A stretch of DNA of 62,033 nucleotides, filler included. It is 8 parts of 8 records of this genome, joined end to end, with 100 filler letters (N's around TTAATTAATTAA, not from the genome) between each part and the next. Parts side by side here need not be neighbours in the genome. Positions count along the whole stretch, not along the records: positions 5,867 to 12,396 come from SRR31156797_105796; positions 12,497 to 18,184 come from SRR31156797_105922; positions 18,285 to 27,047 come from SRR31156797_105923; 5 more parts are not named here. One strand, 5' to 3'. Below are positions 9,704 to 20,034 of the stretch, piece by piece (the stretch's first letter is position 1; each line of letters begins with the position of its first letter). The notes below the pieces were generated by a model. The model worked only from the letters and a program-made list of their open reading frames with translations. It ran no database searches and had not been told where the DNA came from. A program made the translations under genes and the position numbers.

Positions 9704-10051
9704 ATGAGATCAAGGATTGAGCAAATGGAAGCTGAAAAACCATTAAAACCATTATTTCAGAAAATAATAGAAAAAGCACGAGACTCTATTTTGAATTTTG
9801 ACAGTGTGGAAGCCGAATCTGCCGTAAGGGAAGCGGTTGATGCAGGCATGGACCCTGTCGACCTGATAGAGAACGGATTTATCGAGGGAATGAAAGAGAT
9901 GGGTGACCTTTTTGAAAAAGGAGATGTTCCGCTTCTGCATATAATGGCAGCATCAAAGATAATGGAAAAAGGCCTTTCAATGCTGAAAAGTTGTGCAAGC
10001 GAGAGACATATGGATTTTAACCTGTTTGGAAACATAGCACTGAGCAATTAA
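9704..10051 (+). CDS. stand-alone B12-binding cap (four-helix) domain protein
   Basis: AVDAGMDPVDLIENGFIEGMKEMGDLFEKGDVPLLHIMAA resembles the N-terminus of methylamine corrinoid proteins; no DxHxxG; TAA stop. Confidence 0.8.
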   Translation: MRSRIEQMEAEKPLKPLFQKIIEKARDSILNFDSVEAESAVREAVDAGMDPVDLIENGFIEGMKEMGDLFEKGDVPLLHIMAASKIMEKGLSMLKSCASERHMDFNLFGNIALSN

Positions 10052-10110
10052 GTTTTGTAAAAATTAATGCAGCTATTTTAAACAAACCAGATGAATTCGG
10101 AACTTAATCT

Positions 10111-10320
10111 TTACAGAGTTCCTTCTTCATCTTCAAAGATAAAAACCTCTTCGATTCTCATATCAAATATTCTTGCAATGGTATGAGCTAGCTTTAAAGA
10201 AGGGTTATATTTTCCTTTTTCCAGGAACAAAATGGTTTCACGCCTGACACCTGCTTTTTTTGCAAGATCTTCCTGAGTTATATTATATCTTGCCCGGAGT
10301 TCCTTAATTCTTGTTCTCAT
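10111..10320 (-). CDS. XRE-family HTH transcriptional regulator
   Basis: [16 protein letters not shown]...[19 protein letters not shown]. Confidence 0.92.
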   Translation of the reverse strand: MRTRIKELRARYNITQEDLAKKAGVRRETILFLEKGKYNPSLKLAHTIARIFDMRIEEVFIFEDEEGTL

Positions 10321-10712
10321 TGATCCTGCTTAAATCCTTTTTTATCATAGTACCATCGCAAAAAGACCCATGAACTCATTGCAATAAGGGCTAATTCTGA
10401 ACTTATATCCTTAAAAAGTATTTCGTATTTCCAGTCGGCCATCGTAAGGATGGCGATACAGGCCATCATTATCACCCATGAATGATATCCTGCTTTTTCG
10501 TTGATTCGCCAGCTTCGTTCGTCCCGGATGAAATATTCTCTTGGTTTACTGGATACGTGTAGAAACATGACAGTAAGCATCGATCCCATTATGATAAAAG
10601 CAAATCCGGTTCCATAATACTTAAAGTGCCAGAGAACAAAACCCAAAAGAAACAATCCGGCAATAACGCCGACAAAGCGTAAATTATATTTGTCTATTTT
10701 CATAAAACTCAT
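10317..10712 (-). CDS. DUF2178-like membrane protein
   Basis: DER.x.INEKAG motif between TM helices; 4-bp overlap with the XRE gene. Confidence 0.75.
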   Translation of the reverse strand: MSFMKIDKYNLRFVGVIAGLFLLGFVLWHFKYYGTGFAFIIMGSMLTVMFLHVSSKPREYFIRDERSWRINEKAGYHSWVIMMACIAILTMADWKYEILFKDISSELALIAMSSWVFLRWYYDKKGFKQDQ

Positions 10713-10713
10713 C

Positions 10714-11019
10714 CTAGATCTCTTTTGATTTATAATAATGACTGAAGCCTATCATGGAGGCCAGCATTAAAAAGAACATAAATGCCACTACTGGCAGTAC
10801 CTGAAGTTTGAACAACTCCAGCATCTCTCCCCACAGGATCACAGCCATTGCCGCCATTAACACAATAAGAGTGTTTTGCGAGGCTTTGCCTGCAATTATT
10901 TCTGTTCTTTCATCGTGTTCAGGTTCATCCAATCTTTTGCGTCTTCTTTTTTGAAGAAGAAAACCGATTGTCATCCCGGTAAGAATTCCAACAATAGCAT
11001 GTACGTCTGGCAGGTTCAT
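10714..11019 (-). CDS. DUF2178-like membrane protein
   Basis: DERTEIIAGKAS motif, TM helices. Confidence 0.75.
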   Translation of the reverse strand: MNLPDVHAIVGILTGMTIGFLLQKRRRKRLDEPEHDERTEIIAGKASQNTLIVLMAAMAVILWGEMLELFKLQVLPVVAFMFFLMLASMIGFSHYYKSKEI

Positions 11020-11164
11020 CCCAAGTCCTTCTTAAAGTTGTGCAATTCTAATAAAATGTTAGATATTTACAACTTATATGGATGGATGTGCTTATAAATT
11101 TTTGGTTGGATTTATGTTTTATTAAAATGTAATCTTTATTAGCAATAAATATCCATTTTTTATT

Positions 11165-11566
11165 ATGGATAGTTCTGCCACACACGAAGAGCTCCTTCTG
11201 CGAGAGTCAGATATCCTGATCGCTGATGGAGAATATGAAAAAGCGATATCCTGTCTGGATAAGATCCTTAAAAGAGATCCAGAGGATGAAGAGGCTCTTT
11301 CACTCAAAGGACTTGCCTATTGCCTTAAAGGTGAGCCCGAAACAGGAATTGCCATCTTTGAGGAAACTCTTGAAATTGATCCGTTTTCCAGAACCGTGCT
11401 CATAACCTTTGCAGATGCATGTCTACATTCATCGATGCCGGAAAAGTCACTAGAGATCATAGAAAGGGCAATAAGCTATTATCCTGATGATGATAGTCTT
11501 GTCATGATAAAAAAAGTCATTCTGGGTGCCAGAAACAGAAGCCAGGTCGATTCATTTTTTAACTGA
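11165..11566 (+). CDS. TPR-repeat protein
   Basis: GEYEKAISCLDKILKRDPEDEEALSLKGLAY and further TPR-like repeats. Confidence 0.85.
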   Translation: MDSSATHEELLLRESDILIADGEYEKAISCLDKILKRDPEDEEALSLKGLAYCLKGEPETGIAIFEETLEIDPFSRTVLITFADACLHSSMPEKSLEIIERAISYYPDDDSLVMIKKVILGARNRSQVDSFFN

Positions 11567-11611
11567 GATAAAACCAGTAACTATTTATCCCCACAGTTTC
11601 TATTAATTTAT

Positions 11612-12396
11612 ATGAGTTGGTATGTACTTGATGCAGTAGACCGTGCTATAGAAAGAACACGGATATGTCTAATAGAACCCTTCGATTTCTGGAAATGGGT
11701 TAAGCTTGCTTTAATTGTTTTTTTTATTGGCGGTTCAGCAGGATTTAATAGTGGTGGTAACAGCTACGGAGGGGATAGTTTTGATGGATCGGATTCAGAC
11801 TTTTCCTCGATGCCATCAGGCCTGGATGAAATTGGGAATAGCATACATGATGCCTTGTCCTCAACTTCGGCATTAGCAATTATAGTTGGAATTGTCTTGT
11901 TAGTAGTCCTTTTTGCATTGCTTTTGAGTATTATCGGGAGTGTAATGGAATTTGTTTTCGTTGAATCTCTGGTATACAATGATGTGCATATAATCAGTTA
12001 CTTTAAAAAGTATTTAGGTCAGGGGCTGTCGTTGTTTATCCTGCGCGTGCTTATCGGACTGGCTTCTTTGCTTTTGCTAGGTATCCTACTAGGTTCATTC
12101 TTATTCATAATAATGGTAGCAATGGGACTTTCCTTCTCAGACCTATCTGGAATGGGATCAGATGAATCGATTGGAGTATTTTTTATAATGCTCTTTGTTT
12201 TTTTTGCTGTAGCATTTTTACTTGCTATTATTACAAGTATGCTGACTTCTTTTATCAACCTGTCAATACCGGTTTCCATGTATTCTGATTGCAGTATTTA
12301 CTCAGGTCTTTCCAGAGTACTTGGGCAGTTCAAACGCGAATGGCAACAGATCATCATCTATTGGATAGGCAGAGTGATACTCGGTATTGCTGTTGG
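11612..12396 (+). CDS. archaeal multi-pass membrane protein, 3' truncated
   Basis: MSWYVLDAVDRA...PFDFWKWVKLALIVFF; several TM helices. Confidence 0.75.
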
Positions 12397-12496
12397 NNNN
12401 NNNNNNNNNNNNNNNNNNNNNNNNNNNNNNNNNNNNNNNNTTAATTAATTAANNNNNNNNNNNNNNNNNNNNNNNNNNNNNNNNNNNNNNNNNNNN
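12397..12496. other. artificial contig spacer
   Basis: N44-TTAATTAATTAA-N44. Confidence 0.99.
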
Positions 12497-13410
12497 TGTT
12501 CCTTACAGACATCCATGCAATGAGGGCAGCGGGGATGAAAGCTGCATCCGGTCGGGGGATTAATCGGGCTCGGCACATCCCCATGCAGTATAGTTCTGGT
12601 TCGGTCTACCTTGGGATCCGGAACCGGAACCGCTGAAAGGAGCGCGCGGGTGTAAGGATGCTTTGGATTGGTGTACAAGTTAACATAATCCGTTGATTCA
12701 ACAATCTTGCCCAGATACATTACAGCGATGCGGTCGCACAGGTATTCCACCACCGCCAGGTCGTGAGCGATGATGATATAGGAAAGATCGAATTCGCCCT
12801 GCAGGTCTATTAAAAGATTTATTATCTGGGCCTGGATTGAAACATCCAGGGCCGACACCGGTTCATCGCCTATAATCAGGCTTGGATTCAAAGCCAGGGC
12901 CCGGGCTATGCCGATGCGCTGCCTCTGGCCGCCGGAAAATTCATGGGGATACCTGGAGGCGTGATCGGGGATAAGGCCGACTTTTTCCATCAGGTAAGCG
13001 ACCCGGTCGTCCAGTTCCTTACCCTGGTATAAACCGTGAATGCGCATTGGGTCGCCCAGTATCCGTTGTACGGTCATGCGAGGATTTAATGATGAATACG
13101 GGTCCTGGAAAATAATCTGCATTTCCTTGCGCAGGGCGCGCAGTTCCAACCGCCCCAATTCTTCAAGGTTTTGCCCCTGAAAATGGACTTGCCCGGAGGT
13201 CGGCTCGATCAGGCGTAAAATCGCCATGCCCGTGGTTGTTTTTCCGCATCCGCTTTCGCCGACCAGGCCCAGGGTTTCGCCGGCGGAAAGGTTGAAACTG
13301 ACGCCGTCAACGGCATGAACGTATCCCGCGGTCTGAGAAAACATCCCCTTTTTTACAGGGAAATGAACTTTCAGGTCCTGGACTGTCAATAAGTTGGTTG
13401 TTGTTTTCAT
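12497..13410 (-). CDS. oligopeptide/dipeptide ABC ATPase (OppF/DppF), 3' truncated
   Basis: [48 protein letters not shown]. Confidence 0.95.
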
Positions 13411-13426
13411 AGGTTATTGCATCACC

Positions 13427-14458
13427 TCAGGCGGCGCTGACAGCCGGCATTTCGTTTTTGTCCTGGTTGTGCAGCCAGCAGCGCACTCTCCGGCCTTCTC
13501 CTTCGGCCTTTATATCCGTCATTTCCGGTTTATTAAAACGGCATATATCCATGGCTTCCGAACACCTGGGATTAAAAGCGCACCCCTTGGGCAGGTCATA
13601 CAAAGAGGGCACGACCCCGGTTATTTCCCTAAGCCGTTGACGACCGCTCATAGCCCTGCGGCCTATAATGGGTACGGATTGCAAAAGCCCCCGCGTGTAA
13701 GGGTGGAGCGGGTTATCAAAGATGTCTTCCGTCCGGCCTTCTTCAACAACCTGACCGGCGTACATAACCACAACCCACTTGGCCATTTCGGCGATTACGC
13801 CCAAATCATGAGTGATCATTAAAATGGCCGCATGGAATTCCTCTTTCAACTCGACCATGAGATCGATAATCTGGGCCTGAATAGTAACGTCAAGCGCGGT
13901 GGTAGGCTCGTCGGCAATCAATATTTCAGGGTTGCAGGCCAGGGCCATGGCTATCATGGCGCGCTGTCTCATTCCGCCTGACAACTGGTGCGGGTACTGA
14001 TGGATTCGTTTGCGAGGCGACGGAATCTGGACCTTGGCCAATATTTCCGCCGATCGCTCCAGGGCTTCCTTTTTTCCGCAATTCAGGTGGTTGACAAAAA
14101 CTTCCCCGATTTGTTCGCCAATGGTGTACACGGGATTCAGGGAAGTCATGGGCTCCTGGAAAATCATGGAGATTCGGTTGCCGCGGATGGATCGCATTTG
14201 GCCGGGGGATAATTGAAGCAGGTTGGTCCCGTCAAAGACTATTTTCCCGCCGACTATTTTGCCGGGAGGGTCTTGAATAAGCCTCATAATGGAAAGAGCC
14301 GTCACTGATTTACCGCATCCGCTTTCACCTACCAAGCCAAGAGTTTCACCACGACTCAGGTTAAAAGAAACGCCGTCGACCGCTTTGGCCACGCCGTCAA
14401 AGCCGTGGAAATGTGTTTGCAGGTTATCAACTTCCAAAAGAAGTTTGGATTCATTCAT
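13427..14458 (-). CDS. oligopeptide/dipeptide ABC ATPase (OppD/DppD)
   Basis: [38 protein letters not shown]; start at MNESK. Confidence 0.95.
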   Translation of the reverse strand: MNESKLLLEVDNLQTHFHGFDGVAKAVDGVSFNLSRGETLGLVGESGCGKSVTALSIMRLIQDPPGKIVGGKIVFDGTNLLQLSPGQMRSIRGNRISMIFQEPMTSLNPVYTIGEQIGEVFVNHLNCGKKEALERSAEILAKVQIPSPRKRIHQYPHQLSGGMRQRAMIAMALACNPEILIADEPTTALDVTIQAQIIDLMVELKEEFHAAILMITHDLGVIAEMAKWVVVMYAGQVVEEGRTEDIFDNPLHPYTRGLLQSVPIIGRRAMSGRQRLREITGVVPSLYDLPKGCAFNPRCSEAMDICRFNKPEMTDIKAEGEGRRVRCWLHNQDKNEMPAVSAA

Positions 14459-14573
14459 ATCTGTTGTCCCTTTGACGCACATTTGTCATTCAAGCTCAGG
14501 GATAATAACACGTCGGACCTCTTTTGTTCAACTTTGCTTCAAATAACCGCCCGAGTTACATCCCGTCATCATT

Positions 14574-16106
14574 TTAACCGTCGAATACGACTTTTCCTCC
14601 AATGATGGTTGCGACAAGGCCTTCAGGAAATTGAACGGGATTTTCAAAAGTCGCCCGGTCGCTGAATGTTTCGGGATCGAACAGGACAAGATCCGCCCTG
14701 TATTGTTTTTTTATCAGGCCGGCATCTTTTAAACCAAGCCGCTGTGCCGACAGTCCGGTCATTTTCGCAATGGCCGTTTCCAGGGACAGAACCTTTAATT
14801 CACGGACGAATCGGCGGATGACCCGGGGGAATGTTCCATAAAGTCGCGGATGGGGCTTGCCCGCACCCGGGATGCCGTCCGACCCGATAAGTGCAAAGGG
14901 CAGTGCAATGAAGCCGGCCGTGTTTTCTTCCAGCATTGATGCGGCGACAATTGTTATCATGCCCTGTTCCTCCATAATAAGGTCCAGGGTAAACAAAAAG
15001 GGGTCTTTACCCGCGATTTCGGCTGCTCGGGCAATAGTCAGGCCTTCATATGGCTTGTTGGCAGGGGTCATTACTTCGGCTATGGAAATTCCGTCAAACC
15101 CGGCATTGTGATAAATGTTTTCCCAACCCGGGATGCCGTCTTTTATCTGATTGGTTATTTTTTCCCTTTCATTACTGTTTGCCAGTCGCCTCAGCAGGCC
15201 GTCGGTTCCGCCTTCCTGGGCCCATGGCGGAATAATGGAAAGGAGGGTTGTTGACGAATGAGCGTAAGGATACACGTCGCAAGTTAAATCCAATCCCCTG
15301 GATCTTGCCGATTCCAGCAGTTCAATCGCCTTTTCCGCCATTGGCCAGGTTCGGCGGCCGGCGGCTTTAAGATGGGAAATATGCGTAGGCGCTCCTGTTT
15401 CAAGGCCTATTCTTATCACCTCATCCAGCGACTCCATAAGTCCTTCGGCTTCGTTGCGAATATGACTGGCATGAAAGCCGCCCTTTTGGGCCAGCACCTT
15501 TGCCAATTCAATTATTTCATCCGCTTGTGCAAAACCGGAAGGCGGGTAATACAATCCGGTTGAAAGACCGACCGCCCCTTGTTCCAGGGCCATGGCCAAT
15601 TCGCGCTTCATTATTTCCATTTCATGTGAATCGGGGCGATCCGCACGGAAGCCCATGGCCATCACCCTGATATTGGAATGGCCTACCAGAGACATCAGGC
15701 GCAGCGTCGGTCCGGCGGCGCCGACAGCTTGCATATATTCTTCAAAAGTGCAGCCGATATCTCCAACATCCTGAATCCCGAAATGGTCCAGGATCATCCT
15801 GAATGTTTCGGGATTGCTCGGGGCGGGCGACAGTCCGCAGTTGCCGGCTACATCCAGGCACACGCCCTGGCGGTAACGTATTTCACCATCCGGGTTGGTT
15901 ATGTGATACAGGTCGGTGTGGGTGTGCAGGTCTATGAAACCCGGGGCCAAAACCAACCCGGAAGCATCTATTTGCTTTTCGGCTTGGCTTTCTATCACAG
16001 GATCCATGGTTGTAATAAGGCCGTCTTTTATCCCTACATCGCCTTTATGGCCTTCGCTGCCGGATCCGTCTATTATCAATGCATTTTTTATCAATATATC
16101 GAACAT
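14574..16106 (-). CDS. N-acyl-D-amino-acid deacylase (D-aminoacylase) family amidohydrolase
   Basis: PGFIDLHTHTD, GNCG.S, SHIRNE, HISHLK, GSDG, HPRLYGTFPR; start at MFDILIK after GAGGA. Confidence 0.92.
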   Translation of the reverse strand: MFDILIKNALIIDGSGSEGHKGDVGIKDGLITTMDPVIESQAEKQIDASGLVLAPGFIDLHTHTDLYHITNPDGEIRYRQGVCLDVAGNCGLSPAPSNPETFRMILDHFGIQDVGDIGCTFEEYMQAVGAAGPTLRLMSLVGHSNIRVMAMGFRADRPDSHEMEIMKRELAMALEQGAVGLSTGLYYPPSGFAQADEIIELAKVLAQKGGFHASHIRNEAEGLMESLDEVIRIGLETGAPTHISHLKAAGRRTWPMAEKAIELLESARSRGLDLTCDVYPYAHSSTTLLSIIPPWAQEGGTDGLLRRLANSNEREKITNQIKDGIPGWENIYHNAGFDGISIAEVMTPANKPYEGLTIARAAEIAGKDPFLFTLDLIMEEQGMITIVAASMLEENTAGFIALPFALIGSDGIPGAGKPHPRLYGTFPRVIRRFVRELKVLSLETAIAKMTGLSAQRLGLKDAGLIKKQYRADLVLFDPETFSDRATFENPVQFPEGLVATIIGGKVVFDG

Positions 16107-16414
16107 ATCTTCCTCAAATCCATTGGCCGCTTCTACTATTTTCCTTTTAATGCGATACGACAGTTTTTCATGGCCGCCGCTTATTTTCCAAACAATGTCT
16201 GTACATGGTTTTTTACCCGGAATCAACATAAAGGCTGTGCTTTATGGCGGTTTTTATTTTTACAGGGTTTAGCTGCGCCTTGTCTCCGCCATATTCATCC
16301 CGGTTATAAAATGAACTAACAGACACTGTTTAAGCCCGGATAACCCGGCGGAGCGCACGGTTATTAAAGAATTGCGACCCGGGCGTCAAAAAAGAAATTT
16401 GATGCAACTAATAC

Positions 16415-16448
16415 TTGCCTAAGGGGATTATTCTTTATAGAATCCCCT
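16415..16448 (+). promoter_or_regulatory. sigma70-type promoter overlapped by an inverted repeat (possible operator)
   Basis: TTGCCT-N17-TAGAAT; AGGGGATT (16422-16429) / AATCCCCT (16441-16448). Confidence 0.55.
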
Positions 16449-16498
16449 CGATCTGTTCAAGATTGGATTTTTTGTAACAATTTGGAGGAGGAAGCAGA

Positions 16499-18100
16499 AT
16501 GAAGAGAATTCTAGTTTTGGTGTTAGCCCTGGTTATTTGTGTACCGGCCATGTCGGCCCTGGCGGCCAGAAGTGGCGGAACTTTGAACTATATGGCGCCT
16601 TACGGCGGGGACCCCTACGGACTGGATCCCCACAAGTCGACGCGTTACCAGGACTGGCTGATTTTTATGAACATTCATCGTTCACTTTATCGCTGGGACG
16701 CCTCAACGAGCACGCCCAAGCCCGATCTGGCCGAAAGCGTCAGCGTCTCCGATGACGGACTTGTTTACACATACAAACTGCGCCCCAATATTAAATTCCA
16801 CAACGGACGCCAGTTGACCGCGGATGATGTGATCTGGTCGTTTAACCGCATTGCCGGCATGAAGCCTGCTTCCCCCTCGGCAAATAACATTCGTCCAATC
16901 GAAGGCGCCAAAGAAGTTGAAGACGGCAAGGCCAAGACTATTTCCGGCCTGAAAAAGATAGACGATCTGACTTTTGAAATGAAGCTGCATTCTCCCGTAG
17001 CCATGGAATATCATTTATGGCTGCCGGGTACGGCCGTTATTCCCAAGGAAGAAGTTGAAAAAAAAGGCGATGCATTTATGACCGATCCTGTCGGTTGCGG
17101 CGCCTTCAAGTTCGTAAAATGGGTAAAAGGCTCGGAAGTTGTAATAGAGAAGTTTGATGGATTTTTCATTGAGGGACAGCCTTACCTGGACAAGATTGTA
17201 TTCAAGATCATGGGCGAGGCCGCGGCCCGGGATCTGGCGTTCAAGGCCAAGGATCTGGACGCCACAATCGTGGGCGCTGTCAACTACCCGGAATACAAGG
17301 CCGATCCTGTCATATCAAAAAATATGATCGAAGTTGCGGAAATGTTCACGCGCTTGGCCGGTTTTAATCCTGCATTTAAGCCTTTTTCCGACAAGCGGGT
17401 CAGGCAGGCCATAAACCACGCCATTCCGTCCGAACTTATAATCAAGAAAATCCTCAAGGGTAAGGCTTTTCCCTGCAGAGGATATCTGCCGACCACGTCG
17501 CCGGCATTCAACCCCAATATTAAAAAATATGATTACGATCTGGAAAAAGCCAAGAAACTCATGAAAGAAGCCGGCTATGAAAAAGGTTTCGTGATTGAAA
17601 AAGCTATTGGCACGGCCAACAAATCCTGGGGCACCGGCATTTATGAAGCCGCCATGCCGTATTTGAAAAAAATCGGCATTACAATGAAAATTCAGCAGAT
17701 GGAAGGCGCGGCCATGGCCGAACGGGTGCGCGCCGGCAATTACCAGATGTTCATCTGGTCCCTGGAATCAGGTCCGGATCCATTGGTTGTATTGGAACGC
17801 TGGAAGAGCGAAAATCCCCAGGCCGCCGGCAACTATGTAAAATACAACAACAAGGAATTCGACAAATTCATGGACATGGCCGCCAAGGAACGGGACGAGA
17901 AAAAGAAAATTGAATACATCCAAAAAGCCGAAGCTCTCTTTTCCGAAGACGCACCGGTGTGGTTTTTCAATTACAACAAAGCCATCATGGCTTTCCATCC
18001 CTGGGTCCACGGCTTGGCCAAGGTCGCTCCTGAAATGATGTTTCAGGACCTTACATTGGTGTGGGTGGATGAAAAATCACCGCGCGCCAACGCGAAATAA
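16499..18100 (+). CDS. ABC transporter substrate-binding protein, family 5 (peptide/nickel)
   Basis: signal peptide; PDLAES..SDDGLVYT.KLR..KFHNG..LTADDV.WSF.R; VRQAINHAI; GGAGG RBS. Confidence 0.95.
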   Translation: MKRILVLVLALVICVPAMSALAARSGGTLNYMAPYGGDPYGLDPHKSTRYQDWLIFMNIHRSLYRWDASTSTPKPDLAESVSVSDDGLVYTYKLRPNIKFHNGRQLTADDVIWSFNRIAGMKPASPSANNIRPIEGAKEVEDGKAKTISGLKKIDDLTFEMKLHSPVAMEYHLWLPGTAVIPKEEVEKKGDAFMTDPVGCGAFKFVKWVKGSEVVIEKFDGFFIEGQPYLDKIVFKIMGEAAARDLAFKAKDLDATIVGAVNYPEYKADPVISKNMIEVAEMFTRLAGFNPAFKPFSDKRVRQAINHAIPSELIIKKILKGKAFPCRGYLPTTSPAFNPNIKKYDYDLEKAKKLMKEAGYEKGFVIEKAIGTANKSWGTGIYEAAMPYLKKIGITMKIQQMEGAAMAERVRAGNYQMFIWSLESGPDPLVVLERWKSENPQAAGNYVKYNNKEFDKFMDMAAKERDEKKKIEYIQKAEALFSEDAPVWFFNYNKAIMAFHPWVHGLAKVAPEMMFQDLTLVWVDEKSPRANAK

Positions 18101-18119
18101 GCATTTCTTTTCCCAAAGG

Positions 18120-18149
18120 GGGCGGGCGGATGCCCGCCCTCATTTTTTT
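18120..18149 (+). terminator. rho-independent terminator
   Basis: gggcgggc-ggat-gcccgccc followed by a T-run. Confidence 0.8.
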
Positions 18150-18184
18150 GTGTTATAAATTTGTATTCAATGCTAAAACGACCG

Positions 18185-18284
18185 NNNNNNNNNNNNNNNN
18201 NNNNNNNNNNNNNNNNNNNNNNNNNNNNTTAATTAATTAANNNNNNNNNNNNNNNNNNNNNNNNNNNNNNNNNNNNNNNNNNNN
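18185..18284. other. artificial contig spacer
   Basis: N44-TTAATTAATTAA-N44. Confidence 0.99.
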
Positions 18285-18345
18285 GAGAGTCCAGAGAACC
18301 CTTTTTCAAAAGGGGGGCTTTGGTCCCCTAAGGGCCGGCGGAGGC
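18285..18345. repeat. partial dispersed palindromic (REP-like) element at contig edge
   Basis: imperfect hairpin ccagagaacccttttt/aaaaggggggctttgg ending in ggcggaggc; resembles Desulfovibrionaceae intergenic repeats. Confidence 0.5.
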
Positions 18346-18348
18346 AAA

Positions 18349-18792
18349 ATGCGTCTATTCTTTATAATTATGTCATTCATCTTTGGGGCGTTGGCACCTA
18401 CGCAGGCCGGAGTGAACTTGAAGCTCCGCGGCTTTGTGGGCGATCCTGTTTTGGCAGCCATTATTTCTTTTACTGTTGGGACACTTAGCCTCATCGCTTA
18501 TGCCTATTTCACGAAAGTTCCGCTTCCGGAAGGTTCTGCTGTTTTAAAAGGACCGTGGTGGGTGTGGACCGGTGGATTTATGGGGGCGTTCTTTGTGGCT
18601 GCGGCGATTGTTGTGGCTCCGGTGCTGGGTGCCGGGACTATGATGTGCTGGATGGTTGCCGGACAGATGGCAGCTTCCCTTGTGCTGGACCACTATGGAA
18701 TCATAGGGTATGCCGTGCGGGAAGCCACGCCGGGGCGTATTGTCGGGGCTTTGCTGGTCATTGTTGGCGCAGTGCTGATCGAGAAATTCTAG
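18349..18792 (+). CDS. DMT family transporter (YdcZ/DUF606)
   Basis: QAGVN, ISFTVG, PWW.WTGG..GA, GQM..SLVLDHYG. Confidence 0.9.
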   Translation: MRLFFIIMSFIFGALAPTQAGVNLKLRGFVGDPVLAAIISFTVGTLSLIAYAYFTKVPLPEGSAVLKGPWWVWTGGFMGAFFVAAAIVVAPVLGAGTMMCWMVAGQMAASLVLDHYGIIGYAVREATPGRIVGALLVIVGAVLIEKF

Positions 18793-18815
18793 GTAAAATA
18801 TCAAGGAGTGGGGTT

Positions 18816-19700
18816 TTGAAGGATATTCTTTGTAAATACTTGAAGAAGTTGTGGGAAAATACAGTTCTGGTCTGCCGGATGGTCAAGATTGAGCATTCTA
18901 TTTTTGCCCTGCCGTTTGCTTATATGGGATTGTTTCTGGCTAGCGGAACATGGCCGGAATTTAAGCCTTTTGCCCTGCTGACCGTGGCTATGGTGGCGGT
19001 GCGCTCCTTTGCCATGGCTGTGAACAGGCTTTTTGATATCAATATCGATAGTGAAAATCCGCGTACCCGGACCCGCCCGCTGGTAACCGGAGAATTGACT
19101 CCGTTCTTTACTTTCTTTTTCATCGTGGTCTGTGCGGTAGTGTTTGTTTTTGCTTGTAAGGGTATGAATGAACTCTGCTACAAACTTTCATATTTTGCGC
19201 TGGGTTGGTCCGCTTTCTACTCCCTGACCAAACGTTTCACCATGCTTTGTCACTTTGTGCTCGGCTCGGTACTGGGCCTTGCTCCGGTTGCAGGTTGGCT
19301 CTGCGTTGATCCAAATTTCTCCCTGCCTGCGATTTTGTTTTTCTTCGGGGTTACATTCTGGGTGGCCGGATTCGACATCCTGTACGCTACACAGGACCGT
19401 AAGTTTGACCGCAACCGGGGACTTAATTCCGTTCCGGCTAATCTTGGTATTCAGAAGGCACTGACCATTTCCACATTCAGCCACATCAATACGGTAATCT
19501 TTTTCGCGTTGGCCGGTTTAGCTGCCGGACTGGGCTGGATTTACTTTTCCACCCTCGCGGTAGTGGGCGGGATACTTATTTTTGAACATCAGGTGATTTC
19601 TGCTGCGGATATGAGCCGGGTGAACATGGCTTTTTTCACCTTGAACGGGGCAATTTCAGTGCTGTTGTTTCTTGGTACTCTTGCCGACATAATGATTTAG
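18816..19700 (+). CDS. UbiA-family prenyltransferase (MqnP-like, futalosine menaquinone pathway)
   Basis: MVKIEHSIFALPF, RSFAMAVNRLFD..ID.ENPRT..RPL, YSLTKRFT, WVAGFDILYA.QD; TTG start after AAGGAG. Confidence 0.88.
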   Translation: MKDILCKYLKKLWENTVLVCRMVKIEHSIFALPFAYMGLFLASGTWPEFKPFALLTVAMVAVRSFAMAVNRLFDINIDSENPRTRTRPLVTGELTPFFTFFFIVVCAVVFVFACKGMNELCYKLSYFALGWSAFYSLTKRFTMLCHFVLGSVLGLAPVAGWLCVDPNFSLPAILFFFGVTFWVAGFDILYATQDRKFDRNRGLNSVPANLGIQKALTISTFSHINTVIFFALAGLAAGLGWIYFSTLAVVGGILIFEHQVISAADMSRVNMAFFTLNGAISVLLFLGTLADIMI

Positions 19701-19778
19701 AGTGCTGGTGATTATTCTTTTGCTCTTAAATATCTGCGCAATAATATGTAGATAAAAAACATTTGTTACTAATATGTT

Positions 19779-19817
19779 ACGGAGTCAGTGCAGTACACTG
19801 GCTCCGTTTGTGTTTTT
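19779..19817 (+). terminator. rho-independent terminator
   Basis: acggagtcagtg-cagta-cactggctccgt then ttgtgttttt. Confidence 0.65.
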
Positions 19818-19904
19818 GAAATAGATTAAAACGGGTAGACAAGCTCTTATATAGGGTTTAGAAGCGATTTTGCGAGGTTTATAGAAGGTTCGGCTTTGGA
19901 AGGC

Positions 19905-19931
19905 TAAAAATACTCTTAATTCTGCCGATAT
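19905..19931 (+). promoter_or_regulatory. sigma28 (FliA) promoter of the MCP gene
   Basis: TAAA-N15-GCCGATAT, near consensus, upstream of a chemoreceptor. Confidence 0.8.
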
Positions 19932-20034
19932 ATTATTGTATCATTCTGATGTTTGCATGTCAGTGTGGGAGTCGGCAGAAAGGGATGATCGGATAATTTT
20001 GTGGGTTATTCGTATTTAGCTGGGAGAAGTTGAT

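Noticed and set aside
9704-11019. Pyrrolysine read-through in the archaeal contig
   Set aside because: The cap-domain gene ends in TAA, and the TAG at 10714-10716 is out of frame with the next gene.
18555-18815. N-terminal extension of the UbiA ORF
   Set aside because: Overlaps the DMT gene in another frame; an RBS plus TTG at 18816 gives a normal-length protein.
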